This document shows positions 59,001 through 64,000 of a stretch of DNA of 64,000 nucleotides, in pieces; positions within the stretch are counted from its first letter, which is position 1; every line of letters begins with the position of its first letter. The notes beneath the pieces are model-generated. The model searched no databases. It was given only the letters and a program-made list of their open reading frames with translations, and was not told the origin of the DNA. The DNA lies in NCBI GenBank assembly GCA_964188305.1, contig OZ076887.1. One strand, given 5' to 3'. A program made the position numbers and the translations under genes. This stretch comes from Podarcis bocagei (Eukaryota).

Positions 59001-60017
59001 AAGTCAGCTCCTCCTGCATGACTTTACTGTTTGATGGTGCAGCAGCAAAGTTGGCATAAACTTGAACTTTCCAACCCATAGCTTCTGGCATGGGATGAAT
59101 GGAAGCAAGCAAAAGAAACAATTCTCTGCTGTCATGAATGCAAGGACTGTCTGATAAAAGAAGGGGGTAGCCCACCTACACTCCATCTGCTAATCTCATT
59201 GAACTACACCCACAACCAAACCTCAGTTCAAGTTTTAAGACAAAAATCTATGGAAACACTTCTGAGATGCTAATGTCCTTTTTGACGAATCCTTGAATTG
59301 GAACTCAACTAGGCAACATGGATTGCTTCATATTCCAAACTTGGGTGCAAATTCTCCAGGATTCAGAATTATAGTATAACTAATAATTAGGAATTTAAGA
59401 ACTAAATAGACAGGGCGCAATTCCAGCAGGTCCTGCCTTTTTTAATCCTAGTATGGTCCCTACCAATATTAGGTGCGTTGATTAACATCACTATTGCAAG
59501 CTTACCTGTACAATGTACATGCTCTATTTCTCTTCCCCCTGCAAACCCCCATGCTTTCCCCAAAATCTGCTCTGTGGGTTTGGGGGAACCAAACATCACA
59601 GATTGGGAGATGCAGAGTACAAGGAGGACATCTCCTTGTGTGTCTTCTGGCACTATACTAGATATTTCCCATTAATGTTAAATTATAAATTATAATAAAA
59701 TGAGAAGTTTTGAATCTTTGTTACCAGTGTTTCTATATTATATCTACCTTCAGTTGTAGCTTCTCCCTCTAAAGGAGCTCCTTCTCCACTTCTGTAAGAA
59801 GCCAAGACTGAAATTTTATATCTGGTCTCAGGCTGAAGGTTTTCCAGTACAGTGTTTATTACATTTCCAGGAACGGTTTTCTCTCCAGACTGATCATCAT
59901 AAAGTGATTTCCATATAATTCTGTACTGATTAACTGATCCTGGAGCTGCTGTCCATGACACTCCAATAGTAGTATCAGTTATGTCTCTGGTAACCAAGTC
60001 ACGAGGGGAGCCACGTT
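2597..60017 (-). CDS. COL12A1: Collagen type XII alpha-1, partial multi-exon CDS (47 exons, ~human exons 14-60; FN3-6 to start of COL2)
   Basis: 47 GT-AG exons join in frame (5948 nt, phase-1 start, phase-0 end). The domain order FN3x3-vWA-FN3x10-vWA-TSPN-Gly-X-Y and peptides such as [37 protein letters not shown] and [17 protein letters not shown] match collagen XII. Confidence 0.98.
3012..3148. mobile_element. Palindromic hAT-type MITE
   Basis: TIR caggcttctccaacctcgg / ctgaggttgaggaagcttg; perfect 8-bp TSD ggtgagac (3004-3011, 3149-3156). Confidence 0.88.
3345..3403. repeat. (TATGTA)n microsatellite
   Basis: About 10 hexamer units read directly. Confidence 0.95.
3405..3532. mobile_element. 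Short interspersed repeat, probably a DNA-transposon end (second copy at 54818-54946)
   Basis: Both copies share ggaactc..gcacctct..ccattgc..caagggagg..gagttcc..cacctctttttctagaaaaat.gcactg, in the same orientation. Confidence 0.7.
4260..4994 (+). mobile_element. Non-autonomous hAT element with CpG-rich cargo (copy A)
   Basis: TIR cagtgtttcccaa / ttgggaaacactg; perfect 8-bp TSD ctttatac (4252-4259, 4995-5002); no transposase ORF. Confidence 0.92.
5180..5245. repeat. Compound (CA)n-(TG)n-(CG)n microsatellite
   Basis: Read directly; alternating purine-pyrimidine and self-complementary. Confidence 0.9.
5683..5724. repeat. (GT)n microsatellite
   Basis: Read directly. Confidence 0.95.
6053..6106 (-). 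CDS. COL12A1: COL12A1 exon ~59, Gly-X-Y (54 nt)
   Basis: ctag|GGG..TTA|gtaagt; [18 protein letters not shown]. Confidence 0.95.
7309..7362 (-). CDS. COL12A1: COL12A1 exon ~58, Gly-X-Y (54 nt)
   Basis: gtag|GGA..AGG|gtaagc; [18 protein letters not shown]. Confidence 0.95.
7425..7632 (+). mobile_element. CR1 LINE reverse-transcriptase fragment
   Basis: Plus frame [36 protein letters not shown] then RKKQRVG...FSK, matching the CR1 RT LDFxKAFDxV motif. Confidence 0.85.
7849..8107 (-). mobile_element. Tc1/pogo-type MITE (inverted copy of 44763-45020)
   Basis: TIR ccgcattttttgctctataagac / gtcttatagagcgaaaaatatgg; internal hairpin; reverse complement of the 44763 copy. Confidence 0.85.
8225..8278 (-). 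CDS. COL12A1: COL12A1 exon ~57, Gly-X-Y (54 nt)
   Basis: ctag|GGT..TCA|gtaagt; [18 protein letters not shown]. Confidence 0.95.
8841..8936 (-). CDS. COL12A1: COL12A1 exon ~56, Gly-X-Y with interruption (96 nt)
   Basis: ttcag|GGG..CCA|gtgagt; [32 protein letters not shown]. Confidence 0.95.
9772..9850. repeat. Short degraded palindromic interspersed repeat (similar copies near 53390-53470, 21940-22040, 52170-52275)
   Basis: caatcct..ctcaggagtaagccc..ttcaataggacttac..gtaagtgtg pattern recurs in the window. Confidence 0.5.
9863..9916 (-). CDS. COL12A1: COL12A1 exon ~55, Gly-X-Y (54 nt)
   Basis: ttag|GGA..TCT|gtgagt; [18 protein letters not shown]. Confidence 0.95.
11321..11407 (-). CDS. COL12A1: COL12A1 exon ~54, NC3/COL2 junction (87 nt)
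   Basis: ttcag|AGG..GCT|gtaagc; [29 protein letters not shown]. Confidence 0.95.
13019..13096 (-). CDS. COL12A1: COL12A1 exon ~53, TSPN end (78 nt)
   Basis: tacag|TTA..AGG|gtaaat; [26 protein letters not shown]. Confidence 0.95.
14032..14181 (-). CDS. COL12A1: COL12A1 exon ~52, TSPN (150 nt)
   Basis: tacag|GTT..ACA|gtaagt; [16 protein letters not shown]...[12 protein letters not shown]. Confidence 0.95.
16794..16823. repeat. (CA)n microsatellite
   Basis: Read directly. Confidence 0.95.
17374..17483 (-). CDS. COL12A1: COL12A1 exon ~51, TSPN (110 nt)
   Basis: cccag|CA..AAG|gtaaat; [37 protein letters not shown]. Confidence 0.95.
18649..18791 (-). CDS. COL12A1: COL12A1 exon ~50, TSPN (143 nt)
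   Basis: aatag|G..GATT|gtaaga; [47 protein letters not shown]. Confidence 0.95.
19308..19387. mobile_element. Internally deleted hAT MITE (80 bp)
   Basis: TIR caggtgtggggaac / tttccccatgcctg; perfect 8-bp TSD ctgtaagg (19300-19307, 19388-19395). Confidence 0.8.
19934..20017. repeat. (AAAC)n flanked by a 26-bp direct repeat
   Basis: aaagcctgtatagggaatgaagaaac at 19934-19959 and 19992-20017. Confidence 0.9.
20215..20353 (-). CDS. COL12A1: COL12A1 exon ~49, TSPN/LamG (139 nt)
   Basis: tacag|GC..ACAAT|gtaagc; [23 protein letters not shown]...FVSQPT. Confidence 0.95.
20478..20516 (-). CDS. COL12A1: COL12A1 exon ~48 (39 nt)
   Basis: ttcag|CT..CCTG|gtaaga; [13 protein letters not shown]. Confidence 0.92.
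20565..20665 (+). mobile_element. Probable CR1 3'-region fragment
   Basis: gaatctcctcctttggaagttttcagagtgagactagacaag ([14 protein letters not shown]) resembles the CR1 ORF2 C-terminus. Confidence 0.55.
20966..21130 (-). CDS. COL12A1: COL12A1 exon ~47, vWA4 end (165 nt)
   Basis: tgcag|GT..TCAA|gtaagt; [35 protein letters not shown]...CETATS. Confidence 0.96.
21707..21850 (-). CDS. COL12A1: COL12A1 exon ~46, vWA4 (144 nt)
   Basis: tgcag|GC..TCTG|gtaagt; [38 protein letters not shown]...IQHS. Confidence 0.96.
22302..22425 (-). CDS. COL12A1: COL12A1 exon ~45, vWA4 (124 nt)
   Basis: ttcag|GTT..ACAG|gtactt; [14 protein letters not shown]...YRGGNTKT. Confidence 0.96.
23403..23542 (-). CDS. COL12A1: COL12A1 exon ~44, vWA4 start (140 nt)
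   Basis: ttcag|TA..CAG|gtttgt; [24 protein letters not shown]...NPAGIQ. Confidence 0.96.
23966..24040 (-). CDS. COL12A1: COL12A1 exon ~43, Pro-rich linker (75 nt)
   Basis: tttag|TG..GATG|gtaggt; [25 protein letters not shown]. Confidence 0.94.
24491..24637 (+). mobile_element. tRNA-Lys(CTT)-headed SINE with CR1-type tail
   Basis: tagctcagtcaatagaacatgagactcttaat..gggttcaagcccc head; ccctcccaattctacagttctaggattccatgatt tail. Confidence 0.85.
24774..24920 (-). CDS. COL12A1: COL12A1 exon ~42, FN3-18b (147 nt)
   Basis: tgcag|GA..ACAT|gtaggt; [27 protein letters not shown]...VSTRERT. Confidence 0.95.
25789..25905 (-). CDS. COL12A1: COL12A1 exon ~41, FN3-18a (117 nt)
   Basis: tgcag|TG..GATG|gtaaac; [39 protein letters not shown]. 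Confidence 0.95.
26408..26554 (-). CDS. COL12A1: COL12A1 exon ~40, FN3-17b (147 nt)
   Basis: ttaag|GT..ACAT|gtaaga; [38 protein letters not shown]...DQGTT. Confidence 0.95.
26730..26849 (-). CDS. COL12A1: COL12A1 exon ~39, FN3-17a (120 nt)
   Basis: ttcag|TT..GTTG|gtaagg; [40 protein letters not shown]. Confidence 0.95.
27241..27370 (-). CDS. COL12A1: COL12A1 exon ~38, FN3-16b (130 nt)
   Basis: ccag|ACA..ACAG|gtacat; [43 protein letters not shown]. Confidence 0.95.
27785..27810. repeat. (GT)n microsatellite
   Basis: Read directly. Confidence 0.95.
30798..30940 (-). CDS. COL12A1: COL12A1 exon ~37, FN3-16a (143 nt)
   Basis: tttag|TG..TAT|gtaagt; [23 protein letters not shown]...GDPIDEY. Confidence 0.95.
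31163..31292 (-). CDS. COL12A1: COL12A1 exon ~36, FN3-15b (130 nt)
   Basis: tttag|GTT..ACAT|gtaagc; [43 protein letters not shown]. Confidence 0.95.
31833..31989 (-). mobile_element. tRNA-Lys-headed SINE with CR1-type tail
   Basis: Reverse complement of the 24491/58471 family; catagaatcatagag tail. Confidence 0.82.
32580..32722 (-). CDS. COL12A1: COL12A1 exon ~35, FN3-15a (143 nt)
   Basis: ttcag|TA..TCT|gtaagt; [23 protein letters not shown]...GTRPSES. Confidence 0.95.
32840..32978. mobile_element. Degraded palindromic hAT-type MITE
   Basis: Same cagatgtt..ggatgatgg..aacatctggagggc core as the 3012 and 53729 copies. Confidence 0.65.
33448..33577 (-). CDS. COL12A1: COL12A1 exon ~34, FN3-14b (130 nt)
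   Basis: aacag|GCA..ACTT|gtaagt; [21 protein letters not shown]...SDNGKT. Confidence 0.95.
34415..34554 (-). CDS. COL12A1: COL12A1 exon ~33, FN3-14a (140 nt)
   Basis: ctcag|AA..CTG|gtattc; [33 protein letters not shown]...GGADEL. Confidence 0.95.
34892..35007 (-). mobile_element. tRNA-Ile-headed SINE with CR1-type tail
   Basis: Minus strand ctggatagctcagttggttagagcgtggtgctGATaacgccaaggtcacaggttcgattccc, then agatgatcctcagggttccttccaagtctacaattc. Confidence 0.8.
35043..35478. mobile_element. Old AT-rich interspersed element, probably a DNA transposon
   Basis: Degenerate terminal inverted similarity (atggggga.. / ..tctcccccatcc); family not identified. Confidence 0.4.
37045..37174 (-). CDS. 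COL12A1: COL12A1 exon ~32, FN3-13b (130 nt)
   Basis: tttag|ACC..ACCA|gtaagt; [21 protein letters not shown]...[12 protein letters not shown]. Confidence 0.95.
38256..38398 (-). CDS. COL12A1: COL12A1 exon ~31, FN3-13a (143 nt)
   Basis: ttcag|CT..TCG|gtaacc; [26 protein letters not shown]...GDGAEQS. Confidence 0.94.
39288..39314 (-). CDS. COL12A1: COL12A1 microexon ~30, FN3-12/13 linker (27 nt)
   Basis: Pyrimidine tract ...tctccccctcctatag|TGCCCGAGGTGCCTCTGACAACAGCAG|gtaaga; phase 1-1; LPEVPLTTA. Confidence 0.85.
39431..39563 (-). CDS. COL12A1: COL12A1 exon ~29, FN3-12b (133 nt)
   Basis: ccaaag|ACA..ACAT|gtaaga; [44 protein letters not shown]. Confidence 0.94.
39657..39710. repeat. Tandem duplication of a ~27-bp unit
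   Basis: tctttaaatacagaaatccatctaca occurs twice. Confidence 0.9.
40797..41143 (-). mobile_element. Sauria SINE, near full length
   Basis: gggacccctgacc..gggtcatgtggccagcatgactaagc..gcggtacctatttatctac..gggagctcaccccgtcgcggggattcaaacc..ctaggctctgtggttta matches the lacertid Sauria SINE (recall). Confidence 0.9.
41388..41524 (-). CDS. COL12A1: COL12A1 exon ~28, FN3-12a (137 nt)
   Basis: gacag|TA..CAG|gtaaga; [46 protein letters not shown]. Confidence 0.94.
43001..43213. mobile_element. Palindromic hAT-type MITE interrupted by a SINE 3' tail
   Basis: MITE halves at ~43001-43063 and ~43139-43213 flank gctttgagactcc..aaggcgggatatcaaatccaaa(ctt)n. Confidence 0.7.
43251..43380 (-). CDS. COL12A1: COL12A1 exon ~27, FN3-11b (130 nt)
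   Basis: tctag|TTG..ACTT|gtaagt; [32 protein letters not shown]...AEGTT. Confidence 0.94.
43821..44045. mobile_element. Tc1/mariner-pogo (Tigger-like) MITE
   Basis: TA|cagtggtatctcaggttaca ... tgtaacccaaggtaccgctg|TA, with TA TSD. Confidence 0.88.
44410..44549 (-). CDS. COL12A1: COL12A1 exon ~26, FN3-11a (140 nt)
   Basis: cacag|TA..GAG|gtaggt; [23 protein letters not shown]...EDDVKE. Confidence 0.94.
44763..45020 (+). mobile_element. Tc1/pogo-type MITE
   Basis: TA|ctgtatttttcgctctataagac ... gtcttatagagcaaaaaatacgg|TA; internal hairpin ~44850-44925. Confidence 0.88.
45349..45567. mobile_element. GC-rich hAT-type MITE
   Basis: Imperfect TIR cagtggtggag / cttcgccagtg; TSD taactatg / tgactatg (7 of 8 match). 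Confidence 0.65.
45966..46095 (-). CDS. COL12A1: COL12A1 exon ~25, FN3-10b (130 nt)
   Basis: ccag|ATG..ACCT|gtagga; [21 protein letters not shown]...TQEVT. Confidence 0.94.
46380..46525 (-). CDS. COL12A1: COL12A1 exon ~24, FN3-10a (146 nt)
   Basis: tgcag|TG..CAG|gtaaca; [23 protein letters not shown]...PATEKQ. Confidence 0.94.
47509..47638 (-). CDS. COL12A1: COL12A1 exon ~23, FN3-9b (130 nt)
   Basis: tgcag|GTC..ACTT|gtaagt; [28 protein letters not shown]...GVDTT. Confidence 0.94.
47788..48012 (-). mobile_element. L2 LINE reverse-transcriptase core fragment
   Basis: [34 protein letters not shown], then frameshifted [10 protein letters not shown]. Confidence 0.9.
48070..48212 (-). CDS. COL12A1: COL12A1 exon ~22, FN3-9a (143 nt)
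   Basis: catag|CT..GAG|gtcagc; [24 protein letters not shown]...GGPRKE. Confidence 0.92.
49054..49200 (-). CDS. COL12A1: COL12A1 exon ~21, vWA3 end (147 nt)
   Basis: ttaag|GT..CCAG|gtatgt; [25 protein letters not shown]...LCNSVRGP. Confidence 0.95.
49341..49505 (-). CDS. COL12A1: COL12A1 exon ~20, vWA3 (165 nt)
   Basis: ttcag|GA..GTTG|gtgagt; GDALKFIL...[14 protein letters not shown]...ELYAV. Confidence 0.96.
49664..49892 (-). mobile_element. Sauria SINE, 5'-truncated and older
   Basis: aggtaaaggacccctgg..gtcatgtggccagcatgac..gtggtacctatttatctac, shared with the 40797 copy. Confidence 0.82.
50278..50397 (-). CDS. COL12A1: COL12A1 exon ~19, vWA3 (120 nt)
   Basis: ccag|CT..ACAG|gtaaca; [16 protein letters not shown]...YKGGNTLT; preceding intron only 81 nt. 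Confidence 0.96.
50479..50628 (-). CDS. COL12A1: COL12A1 exon ~18, vWA3 start (150 nt)
   Basis: gacag|GC..ATTG|gtaagc; [27 protein letters not shown]...GPDKVQI, with MIDAS DxSxS. Confidence 0.96.
52642..53001. repeat. Microsatellite cluster: (GTT)n ~52642-52700, (CA)n ~52828-52875, (CT)n(CA)n ~52934-53001
   Basis: Read directly. Confidence 0.95.
53113..53177. mobile_element. 65-bp deletion derivative of the Tigger-like MITE at 43821
   Basis: TA|cagtggtacctcgggtta ... taacccgaggtaccactg|TA, perfect 18-bp TIRs. Confidence 0.88.
53729..53864. mobile_element. Palindromic hAT-type MITE, young
   Basis: TIR caggcataggcaaact / agtttgcctatgcctg; TSD ccctaaat / ccctaaag; near-perfect hairpin. Confidence 0.9.
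54352..54473 (-). CDS. COL12A1: COL12A1 exon ~17, FN3-8 second part (122 nt)
   Basis: cgcag|G..GAAG|gtaaat; [40 protein letters not shown] (not in ORF track). Confidence 0.93.
54545..54760 (-). mobile_element. Degraded tRNA-derived SINE
   Basis: gaacctgggtcttc..aacactaaccactaaactac is the reverse complement of A/B-box-like head; family uncertain. Confidence 0.5.
54818..54946. mobile_element. Second copy of the 3405-3532 repeat
   Basis: Direct sequence similarity, ending in tttttctagaaaaatggcactg. Confidence 0.7.
55297..55489 (-). CDS. COL12A1: COL12A1 exon ~16, FN3-8 first part (193 nt)
   Basis: tgcag|CT..CTCAG|gtattg; [24 protein letters not shown]...VLEELR. Confidence 0.95.
56056..56541 (-). 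mobile_element. Non-autonomous hAT element with CpG-rich cargo (copy B, inverted relative to copy A)
   Basis: TIR cagtgtttcccaacc / ggttgggaaacactg; perfect 8-bp TSD acctaatc (56048-56055, 56542-56549). Confidence 0.92.
56786..56835. repeat. (GTTT)n microsatellite
   Basis: Read directly. Confidence 0.95.
57999..58265 (-). CDS. COL12A1: COL12A1 exon ~15, FN3-7 (267 nt)
   Basis: aaaag|TG..ACAG|gtacat; [22 protein letters not shown]...RQGEGTT. Confidence 0.95.
58471..58623 (+). mobile_element. tRNA-Lys(CTT)-headed SINE with CR1-type tail
   Basis: gtagctcagtcggtagagcatgagactcttaa..gtgggttcaagccc head; cccttccaactctacaatgctatgattctatg tail. Confidence 0.88.
59748..60017 (-). CDS. COL12A1: COL12A1 exon ~14, FN3-6 (270 nt)
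   Basis: ttgcag|AA..GAAG|gtagat; [22 protein letters not shown]...GEATTE. Confidence 0.95.
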
Positions 60018-60467
60018 CTGCAAGGGAGAAATTCAATAAATGTAGATTAAAATGCAGTAAATAAATGCTGCAATAAACCAAGAACATTAAAGGCCATGAA
60101 ATAAAACACAGCAAAACTGATGCATATTAAATTCATTCATTTAGAAGTCGAATTCCAGGTGCCTGAAGTCAAGAGAAAACTTTTGCACACACTAAATGAA
60201 TATACACAATGTAATTTAGCTATACATTGGGCCAAAGTCCATTTTAACTACTTTCCTGATCTCAAAGCAGTTTTGCTTCAAAATGGGGGTGTAAATCTAG
60301 TGACTCTCACAGATACTGCAATAAATTATTGTTCTGAAATAAAACATACAAACTGTCTGAATTACAAATAATTTGGCGCATCTCTATTATGAAGATCATA
60401 GACTTTGAAACTCCATTGCCATTTTCAAAAATAGCAGATAGTTCAGTTCACATTGGGTGGTATCAAA

Positions 60468-60630
60468 TAAACAACAACAACAATTCTATTATTTATACCC
60501 CGCCAACCTGGCTGGGTTTTCCCAGCTGCTCTGGGAGGCCTCCAGCACATGCAAAAACAAAGTAAGACGTCAAACATTAAAAACTTCCTGATACAAGGCT
60601 GACTTCAGATGTCTATTAAAAGCTGTGTAT
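60468..60630 (-). mobile_element. LINE (L2-like) 3' end fragment
   Basis: tttataccccgcc..ctgggttttcccagc..aaaacttcc..cttcagatgtc..aaaag resembles the reverse complement of lizard L2 3' ends (recall). Confidence 0.55.
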
Positions 60631-61581
60631 ATGTTTTGTGAGTGGACATCTCCCCTGCAGATCCCAATACATCCTCAAAATCTGCTCCAGGTGGTCTGCA
60701 GTGGGGAGGAGCATATGGGGAAGTCCTGTTACACTAACAGAAATCCAATCCACTGATGTAAGGCCAGAATTGGATACAATCCATTTTATTTAAATTTTTA
60801 CTTAACCTGACTGTGCGAACCTGCTGTCAGTTATGGGGATAGCTACTTATTACCATTGGCCATTTCCTATGCTTCACTTCCAACAAGGGCAGATTTAGGG
60901 CTGTGTGTGAGTGATGTGCACGCACTGGGCACTGAGTTGAGGGGACATCGGGGACATCTTCTCAAAACCCAGTAAGCAAGGTGCTGGGGTTTGGGAAAGA
61001 GGAGTGAGGCTCTGACAGGGTCCTAGAGTCCTCCCAACTCCTTCACAAAGCCTAGTTAGTGCTTTTCCAGCTTTGCCTGACTACAACCCCAGGAGAACAA
61101 CCTTCCTGGAAGAGTGAAAGGTGCTGGATTTCAAAAGAAACACACAAATTTTTTGTATTTTTTTTTTACTTTCTTCTGTAAAGCTTCAGCTCTCAAAATA
61201 TGGCTTTTTCATACATTCAAAAAATGACTTCAATCCAAATGGAAAAATATGGAAAAATTGTGTTGATATAATGTACAGATGTCTCAAAATAAATGGCTTT
61301 TCTTTCCATATTTTAATGTAATATGAATACATAGGCCACTTTACATTGGCTACTTTACTTCAAGCCTCTGCCATAGTGTGCCTTCAGGATTAAACTATCT
61401 GCAGTTATAATAATATTTCAACAATTAACTATGGAAATCTGGATGACTACATCTGTACACTGGACATACTGCAAAAATAATTGTATGTTTGAAACAATTG
61501 TCAACTGAACTAGGATATGTACCATTAGATAGAAGAAGTGATTTATTTCCAATGAAGTATAATATATGTCAATTAAAATAT

Positions 61582-61630
<49 letters not shown>
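61582..61630. repeat. (TAG)n microsatellite
   Basis: Read directly. Confidence 0.95.
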
Positions 61631-61631
<1 letters not shown>

Positions 61632-64000
61632 TTCAGGAGTCCTAAGATGTTCTGTGGTTTTAAAAATACCATGTTTTTGTTGAATGAACTATTACTGTGA
61701 GTTTCCAAGCAAGCCACAAGGGCTAAGTGGAAAATGCTGGCCTCAGATAACTGGGAACTGCTGACCAGACACCTTTCCTAAGAAAGTTGACTTGCTTTGC
61801 AAGTCAAATGATACATTTAGGAAAAACATATTGAATAGCAGCCTGATGCTAAACACATTTTACATGGAAATAAATATCCCCCTAAATTCCAACTAAATAA
61901 AACCTGTGGCATTGTGCAACAGGACTCCCCCCATCTCCTCCCCTGAACACAGTCCCAAATTTGCTCCTGGGGGCAGGGACATAGTGTGGGGAGGGTCAGG
62001 AGGCATAGTCCCAGGCGCTTCCACTCAGGGATCCCCACCCTGCCTACCACTGGGGGTCTCTGGGCCCCAGAGCCTGGCCCATCTTTTATTCCCCCATTCA
62101 TCATAACTCCCTAGCCGCTTCACCTATGCTTCTGACATTTTGCAGGTTACTTTCCTAGGGGCACTTCTGTGGTGCATATTGGCTAGGACTGATGGAAAGT
62201 GGAGTCCAACAACATAAGGCAGGTCACATATTCCCCACCCTGAAGTACATCACTTTCATATTAACATTGCTACCCATAAAATCACAGGAAGGGAAGTAAA
62301 TCTCTTTTAATCTTCTACCAGAAAAAGAACAACTTCAAAGGTACCTATCAAAAAATAATAATACAAAACCCTGGATCTATTTCTTCTGTAACTTGGCAAG
62401 TTTCTGACCAAGGGGTACTGCTGTGGTGTGGGTTATTTACACATACAAAATGCCCGTAAAACAAGAATGGGGAGGGTAAATGAATCCTTTTTTAACTATC
62501 CCAAAATTGTAATGGTTGATCCTTGCAGTAAAACCACAGAAGCCATCATTCTGAAATGTGACAGGATTCAGCACTTCAAAAGAGGCCACGGTGCCTGCAA
62601 ATTTTATTCAATTCTACCAAAAAATTAAAAAGTTTTTTAAAAATGTTCTTTAAACAAAAGCATAGGTCCAGCATAAAATTCCCTGAACCTATTTTTCTCT
62701 ACTTTAGCTGACTTTCTCCAATCAGGAGGGTCTACTATGCCTGTAAATTTCACCCAATTCTGTCAAAATGAAAAAAAAGCCTGTAGCCTTTCTTTCAATT
62801 CCCCATAGCATGAAGTTTCAATTTTCCAAACTGGGATTCAGTTGCAGATCATCAGCTAAACTGAATCTAGCAGCTTTATGAAACCTCAACTTGAGGTCTG
62901 AACCACGTCTTGTGGTCAGCACACACTAATGTATTCACCAGTATTCTTTTCTTCTGAAGGGTTCTTATTCCTTAGAAACATGCCAGATGTTTCCATCCTT
63001 GCCATTAGTGTCCCAAGGAAATCTGAGATGCACTGTGAAACTGAGGCAAAGACATATCAGAATTTGCTCCAGAATGAGACAGTTCAGTTATAGGCAGGCA
63101 TCAACCAATGAGAGCATATTACATTGATTCTGAAGCAGTTCCAGTGGATCCCAGTTAGATTCCCATATGTGAAGATCATCAAATGAGGGTCTGCTCTTAC
63201 TACCACAACCTTCAGAGGTGAAGTTGCTAAATTTGGGGAGCAGGGCTGTTTATGTTGCACAACTCATTGTTTTGAATGCACAACTTGCAATGTTTTATCA
63301 AGCTCACTCTTTCATTGTTTTTGTTTTGTTTTATGAAGATCACAAAAACCTTTCTGTTTCAGGGGACTTTTGATCCAACTGACTGGTTTTCTCCCATTAT
63401 GTTGTTGATTTTCAGGCTAAGACACAATGGTGTCAAGTTCACTGCAGAATAGAATTCACTATTACAATTACCTCCTTCCTTACCACCCCCACCCCCAGTC
63501 TTCTCTGGAGGTCCATTAAGGCAAAATTGCCATGGGGAGGGGTCTATCTTGACTGAAACACTAGCATATACTTTTGAAAAATAGATAAGTGATCGAATTT
63601 ACAAGCATTATCAACATGACAAGCTATTCCATTGTGATGCAGGCAAAAAGGCCAAGACCTACTATTAGCATTGAGTCAATGTGTCAAATCACTCCAGGAG
63701 CAGTCAAAGTCTCCATCATTCATGCACTAGAAATCATTAACATTTCATCTGTGTCACAGCATGGGTACATTAAAATATGGAAAATATTTGAAGCACTTCA
63801 TAAAGGCCTGGCTGCAGCTAGATGCAAATGTTTCCAAAATTCCATATCCACAGTTTCCACCTTACCCAGCCACAAACAATAACTTTCTTTAAGTAGTTTC
63901 CCTATTCTAGGTTCCCATCTTCCTATCACTAGATGGGCAGTATCTGTATGTATACAAGCCTCAGAAACCACAAAAAGTTACAAGTGAATCTTCTAACAGG

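Noticed and set aside
2597-60017. COL14A1 or COL20A1 as alternative identity
   Set aside because: Ten FN3 repeats between two vWA domains, plus three more FN3 upstream, and the specific peptides fit only COL12A1.
60018-64000. Upstream FN3-5 exon; ORF 63589-63882
   Set aside because: No FN3-like translation with splice sites seen, and the ORF has no recognisable motif. Treated as intron.

Overview
Vertebrate genomic DNA. The repeat content (Sauria-type SINEs, tRNA-head/CR1-tail SINEs, L2 and CR1 LINE fragments, many small hAT and Tc1/pogo MITEs) points to a squamate, most likely a lacertid lizard (inference). The whole window lies inside one minus-strand gene, COL12A1 (collagen XII alpha-1, a FACIT collagen). 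I traced 47 consecutive GT-AG exons from 60017 down to 2597. They total 5948 nt (about 1983 aa) in one open, phase-consistent frame and encode FN3 repeats 6-8, vWA3, FN3 repeats 9-18, a Pro-rich linker, vWA4, the TSPN/LamG domain and the start of the COL2 triple helix. These correspond to human exons ~14-60 (numbering from recall); the gene start and end lie outside the window. Apart from exon read-through and LINE fragments, the ORF-track entries appear to be noise. The most unusual item is a pair of young, CpG-rich hAT elements (4260-4994 and 56056-56541), each with a perfect 8-bp TSD. They share both arms but carry unrelated CpG-island-like internal cargo, consistent with Pack-type capture of host sequence. 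I found no solid evidence for any other novel system.
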